Below, piece by piece: positions 31,335 to 42,158 of a stretch of DNA of 64,000 nucleotides; position 1 is the stretch's first letter, and each line of letters opens with the position of its first letter. The notes below the pieces were generated by a model that was given only the letters and a program-made list of their open reading frames with translations, did not search any database and had not been told where the DNA came from. The stretch comes from an uncultured Phycisphaerales bacterium (GTDB lineage Bacteria > Planctomycetota > Phycisphaerae > Tepidisphaerales > Tepidisphaeraceae), in the NCBI GenBank assembly GCA_963755915.1, contig CAVWLP010000002.1, forward strand, positions 4,544,001 to 4,608,000. The letters run 5' to 3'. The translations under genes and the position numbers were made by a program.

Positions 31335-32362
31335 CTCTCGGGCTGCTCAATCGCCTGCGGCAATTCGGGCGGCGTGCTCCCCGTCAGCGAAGCAAGGATG
31401 CGCTCCGCATGTACATGGCAATTCTCGATGAAGATTCGGTATTTCGATTGTGTGCCCGCGATGGCGGTCCCCGCGAGATAAACCCCGGGCACATTCGTTT
31501 CCATCGTCTGCGGGTTGAACGTGGGAACGTCTCCGGACTCTTTCAAATCCACCCCCGCCATTTGGCAGAGCGTCATGTCGGCCTCGTAGCCAATCAGCAG
31601 GAGGACAAAATCGGCGGGGACTTCAACCGTCCTTCCGTCGGCAAGCGCGATCAGCGCCCCGCCGGGGCGGATTTCGCGGATGGTGGAACTCATGAACGCC
31701 TTGATGCAACCGGCTTGAATAAGACCGTTCAGTTCCGGCCAGAGCCAGTATTTGATACTGGTGGCGTCGAACTTTTCGCGGCGATAGCTCACGGAAACAT
31801 TGGCCCCGCAATGATGGGAGCGGAGCATCGCCTCGACCGCTGAATTGCGGCCGCCGACGATGAGGAGATTTTTTCGGAAATATTCGTGGGGATCCTGAAA
31901 ATAGGAGCTGACGTGCGGGAGGTTTTCGCCAGGAACCCCCAAACGCCGCGGGCGGTCAGTGCCGCCGGTGGCGAGGATCAGTTTTTTGACGCGATATTCC
32001 GTTGCGGTACCGCCGCGCTGGGTGGCGAGTCGGAATTCTCCGCCGTCGCGTTGGATTTTGGTTACCGGCTCGTAGGTGTTGATCTTCAGATCGAAGAGCG
32101 TCACGACCGTGCGGAGATAAGCCAGATATTGCTCGCGCGTGCATTTGGTCTGATCGGCCGTGGCCAGAGGAACGCCGGCGATGGCGATGCGCTCGTTAGA
32201 GCTGAAAAATCGCGTCTGCGGGGCAAACCAGGAGATCGTGTAGCCGATTTGCTTTGCGTCGAAATGGAGGTAATCGATGCCGGCTTTCTTCAGGGCGACG
32301 GCAATTTCAATGCCGACGGGGCCGGCGCCGATGACGACGACTTCAGAAACATTGGACTGCAT
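31331..32362 (-). CDS. YpdA/Bdr-like FAD-dependent disulfide reductase
   Basis: GAGPVG, TRFFSS..IAI, TREQYLAYLR, ATG, VGGRNSAVE, IGY, IFIENCHVH; no CxxC. Confidence 0.8.
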   Translation of the reverse strand: MQSNVSEVVVIGAGPVGIEIAVALKKAGIDYLHFDAKQIGYTISWFAPQTRFFSSNERIAIAGVPLATADQTKCTREQYLAYLRTVVTLFDLKINTYEPVTKIQRDGGEFRLATQRGGTATEYRVKKLILATGGTDRPRRLGVPGENLPHVSSYFQDPHEYFRKNLLIVGGRNSAVEAMLRSHHCGANVSVSYRREKFDATSIKYWLWPELNGLIQAGCIKAFMSSTIREIRPGGALIALADGRTVEVPADFVLLLIGYEADMTLCQMAGVDLKESGDVPTFNPQTMETNVPGVYLAGTAIAGTQSKYRIFIENCHVHAERILASLTGSTPPELPQAIEQPES

Positions 32363-32480
32363 TTTGGGATTGTACAGGAAAGGCAAAAAGGACGGCTGTT
32401 TCCCTCGACCCTTTTGTTGTCCAGTTATATTCAGAAGACCAAATTTCCCGATCAACAGGCAGAAGGTATAATCGGGGCAT

Positions 32481-32693
32481 ATGACGTATCGAGGCAGAAT
32501 TGAGCACGGGGTGGTAGTCTTGGATCCACCGCACGCACTTCCTGAGGGAACTCAGGTTGAAGTCGTACCCGTTGGTCCGTCAAGTCAGACGCCGGGAGAA
32601 GCGCTGGAGAAACTCGCCGGTAAAGCGCGAGATCTGCCCTCCGACCTTGCCGAGCGTCACGATGAATATAGGCGCAAAAAGCACGGCAAATGA
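32481..32693 (+). CDS. Type II antitoxin (AF2212/DUF104-like N-terminus)
   Basis: YRGRIEHGVVVL..LPEGTQVEV, LPSDLAERHDEY; ATGA overlap with the PIN gene. Confidence 0.75.
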   Translation: MTYRGRIEHGVVVLDPPHALPEGTQVEVVPVGPSSQTPGEALEKLAGKARDLPSDLAERHDEYRRKKHGK

Positions 32694-33085
32694 CCCCCTG
32701 CTTCGCGGACACATTCTTCTTTCTGGCCTTAGTCAATTCGTGGGATGCATTTCATTCAGCCGCCGTGCAGTTAAACCGTGTGAACCGGCCCATCGTGACC
32801 AGCGAGTGGGTCTTACTGGAATTAGCCGATCATCTTGCCGACGCCAAAAACCCAGCCCTCTTTGGCCAGGTTCGCAGGGCGATCGTAGCCGATCCAAGAT
32901 TTGAAATAATTCCGGCCGAGCAACAACTGCTCGACAGGGCCACCGCGCTATACGAAGATCGCGCGGACAAAGACTGGTCGCTAACTGATTGCACTTCATT
33001 TCTGGTGATGCAGGATCGCCAGATTTCTGAAGCGCTCACCGGCGATCGTCACTTCGAGCAGGCAGGATTCAAGCTGCTGCTTTGA
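32690..33085 (+). CDS. vapC: VapC-family PIN domain toxin
   Basis: FADTFFFLAL, VLLE, WSLTDCTSF, LTGDRHFEQAGF. Confidence 0.9.
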   Translation: MTPCFADTFFFLALVNSWDAFHSAAVQLNRVNRPIVTSEWVLLELADHLADAKNPALFGQVRRAIVADPRFEIIPAEQQLLDRATALYEDRADKDWSLTDCTSFLVMQDRQISEALTGDRHFEQAGFKLLL

Positions 33086-33115
33086 GTCGAGTGGTATAAG
33101 GGCTCTTTTTAATTT

Positions 33116-33862
33116 TCACGTAATCGATCTCCCCCCGTCAATCGGAAGAATGTGGCCGGTTATGTAGGTGCCGGTCGTGGCCAGAAAATAAATCGCCTCA
33201 GCAACATCAGAGGGCGAGCCGGCCCGCGCCAGCGGTACTCGGCGGAGATATTTTTCCCGCTCATCGGGCGTGATCTGCTCGGCCCATTCCACAACCCCCG
33301 GGGCGATGCCATTTACCCGCACCTGCGGCGCCAATTCCCGGGCGAAGCCGAGTGTAAGGTTCAATAAGCCGGCCTTGCTGGCGCAGTAGTTAAGATAGCG
33401 GGGAATGGGGCGCTGGGCGTTGAGATCGACCATGTTGACCACCAGCCCCCCCGCCGCTTTCAGCATGGGCGAAAAGGCGCGCGTGAGCAGGGTCGGCGAT
33501 TCGACATGAATCGCCCAAAAACGCCGCATCTGGGCGATTGCCGCATCGGGTGCGGCGTCAGGCTCGTAAATCGAGGCGTTATGCACGAGCAGATCCAGAC
33601 GCCCAAATTTCTGCGAAATTTGCGCGAATATCTCCTCGCTCGCGGACTTCGAATCGAGCAAATCGGCCCGAATGGCAATCGCGGTTCTCCCTTTGGACCG
33701 CACCTGGTCGATCAATTCCTGGGCAAGTTTCTGATTGGTGAGGTAAGTGATGGCGATGTCGTACCCGCCCTCCGCCATTCGAAGCGCCACCGCCCGCCCG
33801 ACGCGGATCGCGCCTCCGGTTACAAGTGCCACACGATTTGGACCGGAAGAATTGGCAGCCAT
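33116..33862 (-). CDS. SDR oxidoreductase, pteridine reductase/FolM-like
   Basis: TGGAIRVG, HNAS, YCASK, VNGIAPG, DGG. Confidence 0.85.
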   Translation of the reverse strand: MAANSSGPNRVALVTGGAIRVGRAVALRMAEGGYDIAITYLTNQKLAQELIDQVRSKGRTAIAIRADLLDSKSASEEIFAQISQKFGRLDLLVHNASIYEPDAAPDAAIAQMRRFWAIHVESPTLLTRAFSPMLKAAGGLVVNMVDLNAQRPIPRYLNYCASKAGLLNLTLGFARELAPQVRVNGIAPGVVEWAEQITPDEREKYLRRVPLARAGSPSDVAEAIYFLATTGTYITGHILPIDGGRSIT

Positions 33863-33945
33863 TGAGGATTTCCATTGTACCACCACAAAAGGGGAATTTG
33901 CGGCTATTATGTGCCGCTCTGAAATCGCCAAAGGAGCTTTCCTGC

Positions 33946-35457
33946 ATGAGATGGATTGGGATCGCGGTGGTGTTGTGGACGGGCACGTTGCTGGCGCAGA
34001 CCGCGCCCAGCACCGAGCCGACGACGCAGGCGGATCATGCGGGCGCCGAAGACAAGGTTTCCGTCACGCACGGATCGGTGACCATCAACGGCCAGAGCGT
34101 CAATTACGAGGCCACCGCCGGCACGATGCTGATCAAAGACGACTCAGGAAAACCCAAGGCAAATTTCTTTTTTGTGTCGTACGTGAAGGAGCCGCGCGAA
34201 AAGGAGCCCAATCGCCCGATTACCTTCGTTTTTAACGGCGGCCCTGGCGCCGCGGCGGTGTGGCTACACCTCGGAGCCGCGGGACCGCGCCGGATCAGAT
34301 TAAACGACGATGGCCTTCCAGGCGCGCCGCCGCATGGACTCGTGGAAAACGATCAAAGCTGGCTGGACGTCACCGACCTTGTGTTTATTGACCCGGTGGG
34401 AACGGGGTTCAGCCGGCCGGCGGAAGGCCAGTCGGCACAACAGTTTTTCGGCGTGAAGGGGGATCTGGATTCGATCAGCGATTTCATCCGGCTCTATCTG
34501 ACCCGTCACGAGCGCTGGGACAGTCCCAAATTCCTCGCGGGAGAAAGCTATGGAACAACTCGCGCCGCAGCCCTCTCGGAGACACTGCTCGACGACAACG
34601 GCATCGACGTGAATGGAATCATCCTCATCTCGACCGTGCTCAATTTTGAGAACTTGGAACCCAGCGCCGGCAACGAATTGCCCTTCGCGCTTTACCTGCC
34701 GTCTTACACCGCGATCGCCCTCTATCATCACAAGCTTCAAACCGCCGATGAAGACAAGCTCCTGTCAGAAGTGCAGGACTACGCGCTGCACCAATATCTT
34801 CAGGATCTGGCCAAGGGCGGCGCCATCGACAAAGACGAGCGGGCCGACGTCATCGCCCATCTCGCCCGATACACCGGCCTTTCCCCCGATCTAATCGACC
34901 GCGCCAACCTGCGCATCGACCCGACCCTTTTCCGCAAGCACCTGATGGGAGACGAGCGCGAAATCCTTGGCCGGTTCAACGCGCGAATCACCGGCCCCGA
35001 CCCCAATCCCGCCTGGGACGGCCGCGACATGTACGACCCGAGCCTTTCGCTGTTTCTGCCGGTTTACACCAGCACGTTCAACGACTACGTGCGCCGGGTG
35101 CTGAAATACGATTCGGACCTCAGATACGGCGTGCTCAACGAAGTCGGCCCGTGGGATTTTGGCAAAAGTGGCATGGGGTATCTGGACGTTTCCGACTCAC
35201 TGCGCTCGGCAATGATGGAGAACCCGCACCTCAAGGTGCTGGTCTGCAGCGGCTACGAAGACCTGGCCACGCCATTCCTCGCCACGAAATTCACCTTCGA
35301 CCATCTGGATCTTCTGGACCGGCTGCGGCCCAACATCACGCAGACGTTTTATCACAGCGGGCACATGATCTATCACGACCCCACGTCGCTGCGCGAGCTC
35401 AAGCAAAACATCGCCAACTTCATCACGGGCACGGTTGGCTCCGCCACTCACCCGTAA
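33946..35457 (+). CDS. Secreted S10 serine carboxypeptidase
   Basis: SD AAGGAG; signal peptide; FNGGPG, DPVGTGFS, GESYG, GHMIY. Confidence 0.92.
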   Translation: MRWIGIAVVLWTGTLLAQTAPSTEPTTQADHAGAEDKVSVTHGSVTINGQSVNYEATAGTMLIKDDSGKPKANFFFVSYVKEPREKEPNRPITFVFNGGPGAAAVWLHLGAAGPRRIRLNDDGLPGAPPHGLVENDQSWLDVTDLVFIDPVGTGFSRPAEGQSAQQFFGVKGDLDSISDFIRLYLTRHERWDSPKFLAGESYGTTRAAALSETLLDDNGIDVNGIILISTVLNFENLEPSAGNELPFALYLPSYTAIALYHHKLQTADEDKLLSEVQDYALHQYLQDLAKGGAIDKDERADVIAHLARYTGLSPDLIDRANLRIDPTLFRKHLMGDEREILGRFNARITGPDPNPAWDGRDMYDPSLSLFLPVYTSTFNDYVRRVLKYDSDLRYGVLNEVGPWDFGKSGMGYLDVSDSLRSAMMENPHLKVLVCSGYEDLATPFLATKFTFDHLDLLDRLRPNITQTFYHSGHMIYHDPTSLRELKQNIANFITGTVGSATHP

Positions 35458-36056
35458 TGTCGCAACCGCCCGGGCAATTTCCGGTCCTGCGGCTCTTTCG
35501 TGCCGACCGGCGCAGCACGCTTCAGAGCCTGCAAACCGCCGTCCTTTACGCGGGACAGCTTGTGCTCTGCTCGATCGTCATACTAAAGGGGTTCTACATC
35601 GAAGGCTCGTCCGCCTCGGTCTGGGCCGTAGTGGCGGCCGCCAACGTCATCCAGCCGGCCATGCAGCAGACGATCTCCGCTTCGTGCGTGCAGATCGCGG
35701 CCAATATTGTCGGCGCAACGGCAGGCATCATCATCGACCACTTTTACGGCGACGGCATCTGGCAATTCTGCCTGGCGCTGATCCTGGTGGTCTTTATCTG
35801 CGAATTGATCAAGCTCGACGAGGGATTGCGAACCGCCTGCACGAGCCTGGCCGTTATTATGATCATGAGCGAGGGCCTTGCGAAAAGTAACGGGGTCCAG
35901 CGCCTGATCGCGGTTGTCGCCGGGTGCATCACGGCGGCGATCATCCAGGTTCTTGCCGAGCTTGTAAGGACAAAAGTCCTCGGCTGGAAAGCGCCGGATT
36001 TTCCAGCGACCAATCCCCTGGAAAGCCCCGCAGTCGAAGCAAAACGGCCCGAGTGA
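35457..36056 (+). CDS. FUSC/aromatic-acid-exporter-like membrane protein
   Basis: TAATG coupling to the upstream gene; WAVVAA..VIQP, ANIVGA; about 5 TM helices. Confidence 0.7.
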   Translation: MSQPPGQFPVLRLFRADRRSTLQSLQTAVLYAGQLVLCSIVILKGFYIEGSSASVWAVVAAANVIQPAMQQTISASCVQIAANIVGATAGIIIDHFYGDGIWQFCLALILVVFICELIKLDEGLRTACTSLAVIMIMSEGLAKSNGVQRLIAVVAGCITAAIIQVLAELVRTKVLGWKAPDFPATNPLESPAVEAKRPE

Positions 36057-36076
36057 CATTCAAACATTTTGGCGGC

Positions 36077-37718
36077 ATGATGGAGGCGAGAGGATTCTCA
36101 ATTAGATTTTTTGCCCCTTCACTATCTTTTTCCCTGTTACTGGTAACACGAATGACATTCGCTGCAACCGTTTCCGCCCCCTGGTCCCCCGACAACGGCG
36201 ACGGGACCTATTCCAATCCGATCATCTTCGCCGACTATTCCGATCCCGATGTCATCCGCGTCGGCGATGATTTCTATCTCACCAGCTCCAGCTTCAGTTG
36301 CTTTCCGGGCCTTCCCATCCTGCACTCGCGCGATCTCGTGAACTGGACCATCATCGGCCACGCGATCCAGAAATATCCGGTGGAGCAGTTTGCCCTTCCC
36401 CAGCACGGCTGCGGCGTCTGGGCGCCCGCCATTCGATATCACGACGGCCTTTTCTTCATCTACTTCGGCGACCCGGATTACGGCGTCTTCATGGCCCGCG
36501 CAAGAATCCGGCCGGGCCATGGGACCCGCTGGTGCGCGTGAAGGACTCCAAGGGCTGGATCGACACCTGCCCCTTTTGGGACGACGATGGCAAGGCCTAT
36601 CTGATCCACGCCTTCGCCGGTTCCCGGGCGGGCGTGAAAAATATTCTCCACGTCAACCAGATGACCCCCGACGGCACCCGCCTGCTCGACGACGGCAAAC
36701 TTGTCGTCGACGGCGACGCCTCCAATTTTACCACCCTGGAAGGCCCCAAGCTCTACAAACGCAATGGATATTACTATATTTTCGCCCCCGGGGGCGGTGT
36801 GGCGCAGGGGTATCAGATCGTCTTTCGCGCAAAAATATCTATGGCCCCTACGATTCGCGCGTCGTCCTGGCGCAGGGCGATACGCCCGTAAACGGCCCGC
36901 ATCAGGGCGGATGGGTGCAGACGCAATCCGGGCAGGACTGGTTCATCCATTTTCAGGAGGTGCTGCCTTACGGGCGCATCGTTCATTTGCAGCCGATGCG
37001 ATGGGTGGACGATTGGCCGGTCATGGGAATTGACGGGAACCCCGTCACCACTTTCAAAAAGCCCGATGTCGGCCGAAATTGGCCTGTCGCGGTTCCGCAG
37101 ACCAGCGACGAATTCGATTCGCCGACGCTCGGGCTGCAATGGCAATGGTGGGCGAACTATCGGGACGATTGGTATTCCCTCGCCGCCCGGCCCGGATTTC
37201 TGCGCCTCAAGGCCCTCACATTTCCAGCCTCCCTTCCCCTCTTCGATCATCCCAACCTGCTGCTTCAGAAATTCCCCGCCGAGCGTTTCACAGCCACGGC
37301 AAGCCTTGATCTGTCCGGATTAACCACCGGCAACCGCGCCGGCCTCGTCGTCGCGGGGATGCGGATGGCGGCACTACAGGTCGAGAAAGATTCCGCCGGC
37401 TTCAAAATCTTCCGCACCAGCTCCATGAGCGAGCGCCCGCACGGATTTCGCGGCCATCCAACCACCGGGCCGCAAAACGAGGAAGCGGAGGCGACCGTTC
37501 CCGGCCCACAGGTTTTCCTGCGTCTGCATGTTGAACCCGGCGGCCAATGCGCCTTCAGCTTTAGCTCCGACGGCCGAAATTTCACCGCTTTGGGGGACGA
37601 TTTCCATGCCGTAAACGATCTGTGGATCGGCGCCAAGGTCGGCCTCTTCTGCAACGCGCCGCCCGGCAAACCCTCCGGCGGCTACGCCGACATCGACTGG
37701 TTTCGAATCGGTCCGTGA
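36077..37718 (+). CDS. GH43 glycoside hydrolase with C-terminal ConA-like domain (frameshifts near 36500 and 36830)
   Basis: DYSDPDV, WAPAI, IDTCPFWD, EGPK, GPHQGG, GAKVGLF. Confidence 0.9.
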
Positions 37719-37727
37719 GATGTGAAC

Positions 37728-39784
37728 ATGGCCGAGGCCAATCTCTCTCAATTGATGCAGTCCGCCGTCCGGCTCCAGCTCCAGGGCAAGCTCCCCGAAG
37801 CCCGCGACGCCTACGAGCAAATCCTCGCGCGCGACCCCCATAACTCCGAAGCGATGAATCTGCTCGGCGTGATCTATTGCAGCCTCGGCGAGCGGAATCG
37901 CGGGCTGGCGCTCATCAATAAATCCATCGCGCTGGAACCCAACAATGCCCAGCGCTACTGCAATCTCGCCTACGCACACTGCCAGTTAGGAGAATTCGAT
38001 CAGGCGATCTCGGCTTATGGAAAGGCCTTGGAACTGAAGCCCGATTTTTTCGAAGCGCACTATTCCCTCGGACTGGCGCTCTTCCGCATTGGGCAAACCG
38101 ATTCCGCGATCACCCACTATCGCGCCGCGCTGTCCATCCGATCCGGCGCGTTCAATGCCTGCCACGAGCTGGGCGTCGCCCTGCGGCAGCAGGGAAAACT
38201 CGATGAATCGATCGCCGTTTTGCGGGAGGCAATCGACAAGCGCCTTAGACGCATCAAGACACTGGAAGATCAAGCGAAAACCCTGCGCGATCGCGGCCAA
38301 CTGAATGAATCGGACGAAGCGTCAAAAGCCGCGGTAGGCGCCGCTCCCGGGCTCGCTTCCGCCTATAACACTCTCGGCGCATCACTCGTCGCCAAGGGCA
38401 ATCTCGACGAGGCGCTGCATGCGATTCGGAAGAGCATCGAGATTTCACCAAATGATGCCGCCTATCGCTGCAACCTCGCCAGCGTGCTCAAAGACACGGG
38501 CCAAATCGAGCAGGCCGAGAAATCCTACGCCGCGGCCATCGCACTCGATCCGGAAAATCCGGTCATTCACAGCAATTGGCTCTACGTCATGCACTTTCAC
38601 CCCGATTACGACGCAGCGAAAATCCTCGCCGAAGCGCGGCAGTGGAACGCGCGGCACGCCGTTCCCCTCGCAAGTCACCGGAAGGCCCATGAAAACGATC
38701 GATCTCCCGATCGCCCGCTGCGAATCGGCTTCGTCTCCCCCGATTTCCGTTCTCACGCGGTCGGCCGCTCCCTCTTGGCCCTGATGCGCCATCACGATCG
38801 CGCCCAATTCCAGTTCTACTGCTTTAGCGACGTCGCCCATCCTGATTCGATCACCACGGATTTGAAGAATCTCAGCGAACACTGGCGGCAAACCTACGGC
38901 TTCTCCCACGCCCGCCTATGCGAAACCATTCGCCAGGACCGGATCGACATCCTTTTCGATCTGACCCTTCACATGAACGGCAACCGGATGCTCGCCTTCG
39001 CCGCGAAACCCGCGCCGGTGCAAATCACCTGGGCCGGATATCCCGGCACCACCTGCCTGGACACAATGGATTATCGCCTCACCGATCCCCATCTCGATCC
39101 CCCGGGCGAAACCGATCTATATTATTCGGAACGATCGCTGCGCCTGCCGGCAAGCTTTTGGTGCCTCGACGAACAAACTTTGGACAGTCCCCACACCCCG
39201 GCAGTCAGCCCGCTGCCCGCATTGCAGAATAGCCGGATAAATTTCGGCTGCCTGAACAATTTCGCGAAGGTCAACCAGAAGACGCTGAACCTTTGGCGCA
39301 CGGTGCTCGATGCCGTCGCAAATTCACGCCTGATCGTCCTCGCGCCGCCGGGAAGCGCACGCGATTGGTTCCGCAAATCTCTCGGCGAACGCGTGGAGTT
39401 TGTCCAGCGCCAGCCGCAGGAAGCGTACCTGAAAGCCTATAACGACATCGACATCGGCCTCGACACATTCCCCTACACCGGCCATATGACAACCCTCGAT
39501 TCGCTTTGGATGGGCGTCCCGGTCGTATCCCTCACCGGCAACACCGCCGTCAGTCGGGGCGGCGCCAGCATTCTTCGCAATCTCACGCTGCCGGATCTGG
39601 TCGCGTCGAGCCAGGATCAGTTCGCGACGATCGCGACCGGACTGGCTGAAGATCTCCCGCGCTTACCGCGCTGCGCGATTCAATGCGCCAGCGAATGCGC
39701 GGGTCTCCCCTAATGGACGGACCCTCCTTCGCGCGCGATTTCCAATCGATTCTCCGCCAGGCGTGGAGGGATTGGTGCGCCTGA
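37728..39784 (+). CDS. TPR-containing GT41 (SPINDLY/O-GlcNAc transferase-like) protein (frameshift near 39665)
   Basis: Multiple TPRs; LRIGFVSPDFRSHAV, KPAPVQITWAGYPGTT, NNFAK, LDTFPYTGHMTTLDSLWMGVP. Confidence 0.9.
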
Positions 39785-39843
39785 ACTATAGAGTCCGCGG
39801 CGCGGCCAGTGTCATCCCGGAAATGCGCGGTAGAATAATCGAC

Positions 39844-40641
39844 ATGAAGCCGGCAATTATTCTAATCGCGTGCGCTTTGGGCCTGATCGCCTCCCCGCTG
39901 AAAGCCGATGATGCGCCCACAACGCGTCCGGCGATTTACGTCGACCACACCGACCTGCTCAAACTCCACTGGCAGCTCGCCGCGATCGGTTCCAGCTTCG
40001 CGGATCGATCAACCTTTCAAATGATCGATCTCCTGCATTCGTTGACCGTGCATCATATCGAGCTATCCCCCGCGCAGATTCCTTCGCCCGATGCGGTTGA
40101 CGCGCTGGTGGCCAAACTGAAATCGGTTCACATGGGCGTCGTCAGCATCGGACCGGTGGATTTGACCGCGTCGGAAGCGGACGACCGAAAACTATTCTCT
40201 GCCGGCAGGCAATTGAAAATAAAAACCATTGTCGCGAACGCGACCGATGATTCGCTGGATTTACTGGATCGATTGGCCAACGAATATTCGATCAACGTCG
40301 CGATCTTGAATGTGTCGAGGCCGGCGGCCGCGTTGATCGGTGACGTTTCGGAGCACTCCAGCCGCATTGGAATCTGCGCGGATGTCGCTGGGTGGCAGCA
40401 GTCCGGGTACTTACTGTCTTACCGTGCCCAACTGCTCCGCGGGCATATTCTGGAAGTGCGTTTCGGAGACCTGCCGGATAAGGATGGGGCGGATCTTCTG
40501 GCGGAATTGAAGTCCGATGGATTCCAGGGGATCTGTGCCGTCGGATGCAAGGCGGGCGAAGGAACGGATCCGACGGCGGATTTTATTCGAAACGAGAATG
40601 CGTTCTCGAATATCGTGGGGGATTTAAGTGGATCCAAATAG
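39844..40641 (+). CDS. Secreted, degenerate sugar phosphate isomerase/epimerase-like TIM barrel protein
   Basis: Signal peptide; LDLLDRLANEYSINVAI and RIGICAD pattern. Confidence 0.6.
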   Translation: MKPAIILIACALGLIASPLKADDAPTTRPAIYVDHTDLLKLHWQLAAIGSSFADRSTFQMIDLLHSLTVHHIELSPAQIPSPDAVDALVAKLKSVHMGVVSIGPVDLTASEADDRKLFSAGRQLKIKTIVANATDDSLDLLDRLANEYSINVAILNVSRPAAALIGDVSEHSSRIGICADVAGWQQSGYLLSYRAQLLRGHILEVRFGDLPDKDGADLLAELKSDGFQGICAVGCKAGEGTDPTADFIRNENAFSNIVGDLSGSK

Positions 40642-41251
40642 CGACAAGCCCGTCGATCGCCGCCGATTTTTCCGCATGGGATTGTCAGAGCTTCTGCGTC
40701 CCCTGGCCTCCGCGGCAAAACCGCTGGAGCGGATGGCGCGGGAAATCGGCAAGCTCGATCAGCCGGCGCCAACTCGCCCCCAAGTCTGGCTGCGCCCGCC
40801 CGGTTCTCTGCCGGAGGCGAAGTTCCGCGAAACCTGCACCCGCAGCGGCGATTGCGTGCGGGTCTGCCCCGCTAAGGCGATTCGACTCGAGCCCGGCAAG
40901 GCGAACGGAGTTCCCTATATCGACGCCGACGCCGCGGCCTGCGTGGTCTGCACCGGCCTTCAATGCATGTCCGCCTGCCCAAGCGGCGCACTTAAGCCAA
41001 CCTCCATCAACGACATCGACATGGGCACAGCCGTCTGGCATTCGGCGAGCTGCCTGCGAACCAGCGGCGAAGAATGCACGATCTGCGTCGACAAATGCCC
41101 CCTCGGTTCGGCGGCCATCGAATTGAAATTCGGCCAGATCGCGGTGAAGCCGCTGGGCTGCATCGGGTGCGGCGTGTGTCAGCTTGAGTGTCCGACATCG
41201 CCGAAGAGCATTACGGTAATCCCCATCGCTGCGAAGATGGCGGGGAGATGA
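40628..41251 (+). CDS. 4Fe-4S dicluster ferredoxin-like protein (NapG/MauM/NapF-like)
   Basis: RRRFF, LRPPG, four Cys clusters ending in CP. Confidence 0.85.
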   Translation: MDPNSDKPVDRRRFFRMGLSELLRPLASAAKPLERMAREIGKLDQPAPTRPQVWLRPPGSLPEAKFRETCTRSGDCVRVCPAKAIRLEPGKANGVPYIDADAAACVVCTGLQCMSACPSGALKPTSINDIDMGTAVWHSASCLRTSGEECTICVDKCPLGSAAIELKFGQIAVKPLGCIGCGVCQLECPTSPKSITVIPIAAKMAGR

Positions 41252-42158
41252 CGGAAATTGACGCGATGGGGACATCCTTCGGAAATCCTTCGGATTTGCT
41301 CGGGCGGCGGCGGAAAGTCAACATGCCGGCGGCGAAGAGGATGCCTAGCGATGCTGGCTCGGGCACAGGCGCTACGGCGGTAATGCCGTAGATGAGGCCC
41401 CCTCCCGGGCTGACACTGTCTGAGGTATTGTCAAACTCGAATTGGATTTGCGTCAGCGTATCTGCAGCCAGAGTGGGATCGAGCGTGAAACTCAACTCGG
41501 TGATGTCATAGTTTCCAATATGGCCGTTCGTGGAATCGGTGCCATATGCTCCTCCTTGATCGTCGACTTTGAAGAGAGTCTGGTCGGCCTCGTCGTTCGT
41601 AAACTGGTTGGTCATCGTCTCATTTATCGAGGTGTTTTGTCCGTCCCCGTTGTAGTAATCCGGCAGATTGGCTGCCTGGAAAGTCTCCATGTCGGTTCCC
41701 CCGCCGGCCCTGGTTCCAGTGAATGTTGCCGTGAATGTGCCACCGATTCCTCCCGGGTCTGAACTATCGAAGGAGCTGACAATCGCATAAACAGACGTCG
41801 CGCCCGGGAGGGATGGCGAAACGGACAAAGTCGAACCACCGGAAACTACAGCGAAGTCATTTCCGTTGCCATCAGCGGAGATTTGGAAGTCGATGCCGTT
41901 GTTTACCAGATTGGAATTGTTGTCAAAATTCGGAGCGTAACTCGGCTCTGGACTCGGCGAACCCGTTGGGGGGACAAAGAGAAATGGCGATCCGCCATGG
42001 GTATTGGGAAACTGTTCGTTGAGTTGGGTATAAATGTTGTCAGACTTGGTAAAGTTCGTGATATAGATCTGATCGGCCGCGGCAGGCATAGCGAATCCAA
42101 GTACGAGCATCCACAGAAATGACGACCAAGTCCGACGGAATGTGAAGTCAAAGCCCAT
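41211..42158 (-). CDS. PEP-CTERM sorting domain protein
   Basis: Signal peptide; D/N/T/G-rich body; VPEPASLGILFAAGMLTFRRR. Confidence 0.85.
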   Translation of the reverse strand: MGFDFTFRRTWSSFLWMLVLGFAMPAAADQIYITNFTKSDNIYTQLNEQFPNTHGGSPFLFVPPTGSPSPEPSYAPNFDNNSNLVNNGIDFQISADGNGNDFAVVSGGSTLSVSPSLPGATSVYAIVSSFDSSDPGGIGGTFTATFTGTRAGGGTDMETFQAANLPDYYNGDGQNTSINETMTNQFTNDEADQTLFKVDDQGGAYGTDSTNGHIGNYDITELSFTLDPTLAADTLTQIQFEFDNTSDSVSPGGGLIYGITAVAPVPEPASLGILFAAGMLTFRRRPSKSEGFPKDVPIASISVISPPSSQRWGLP

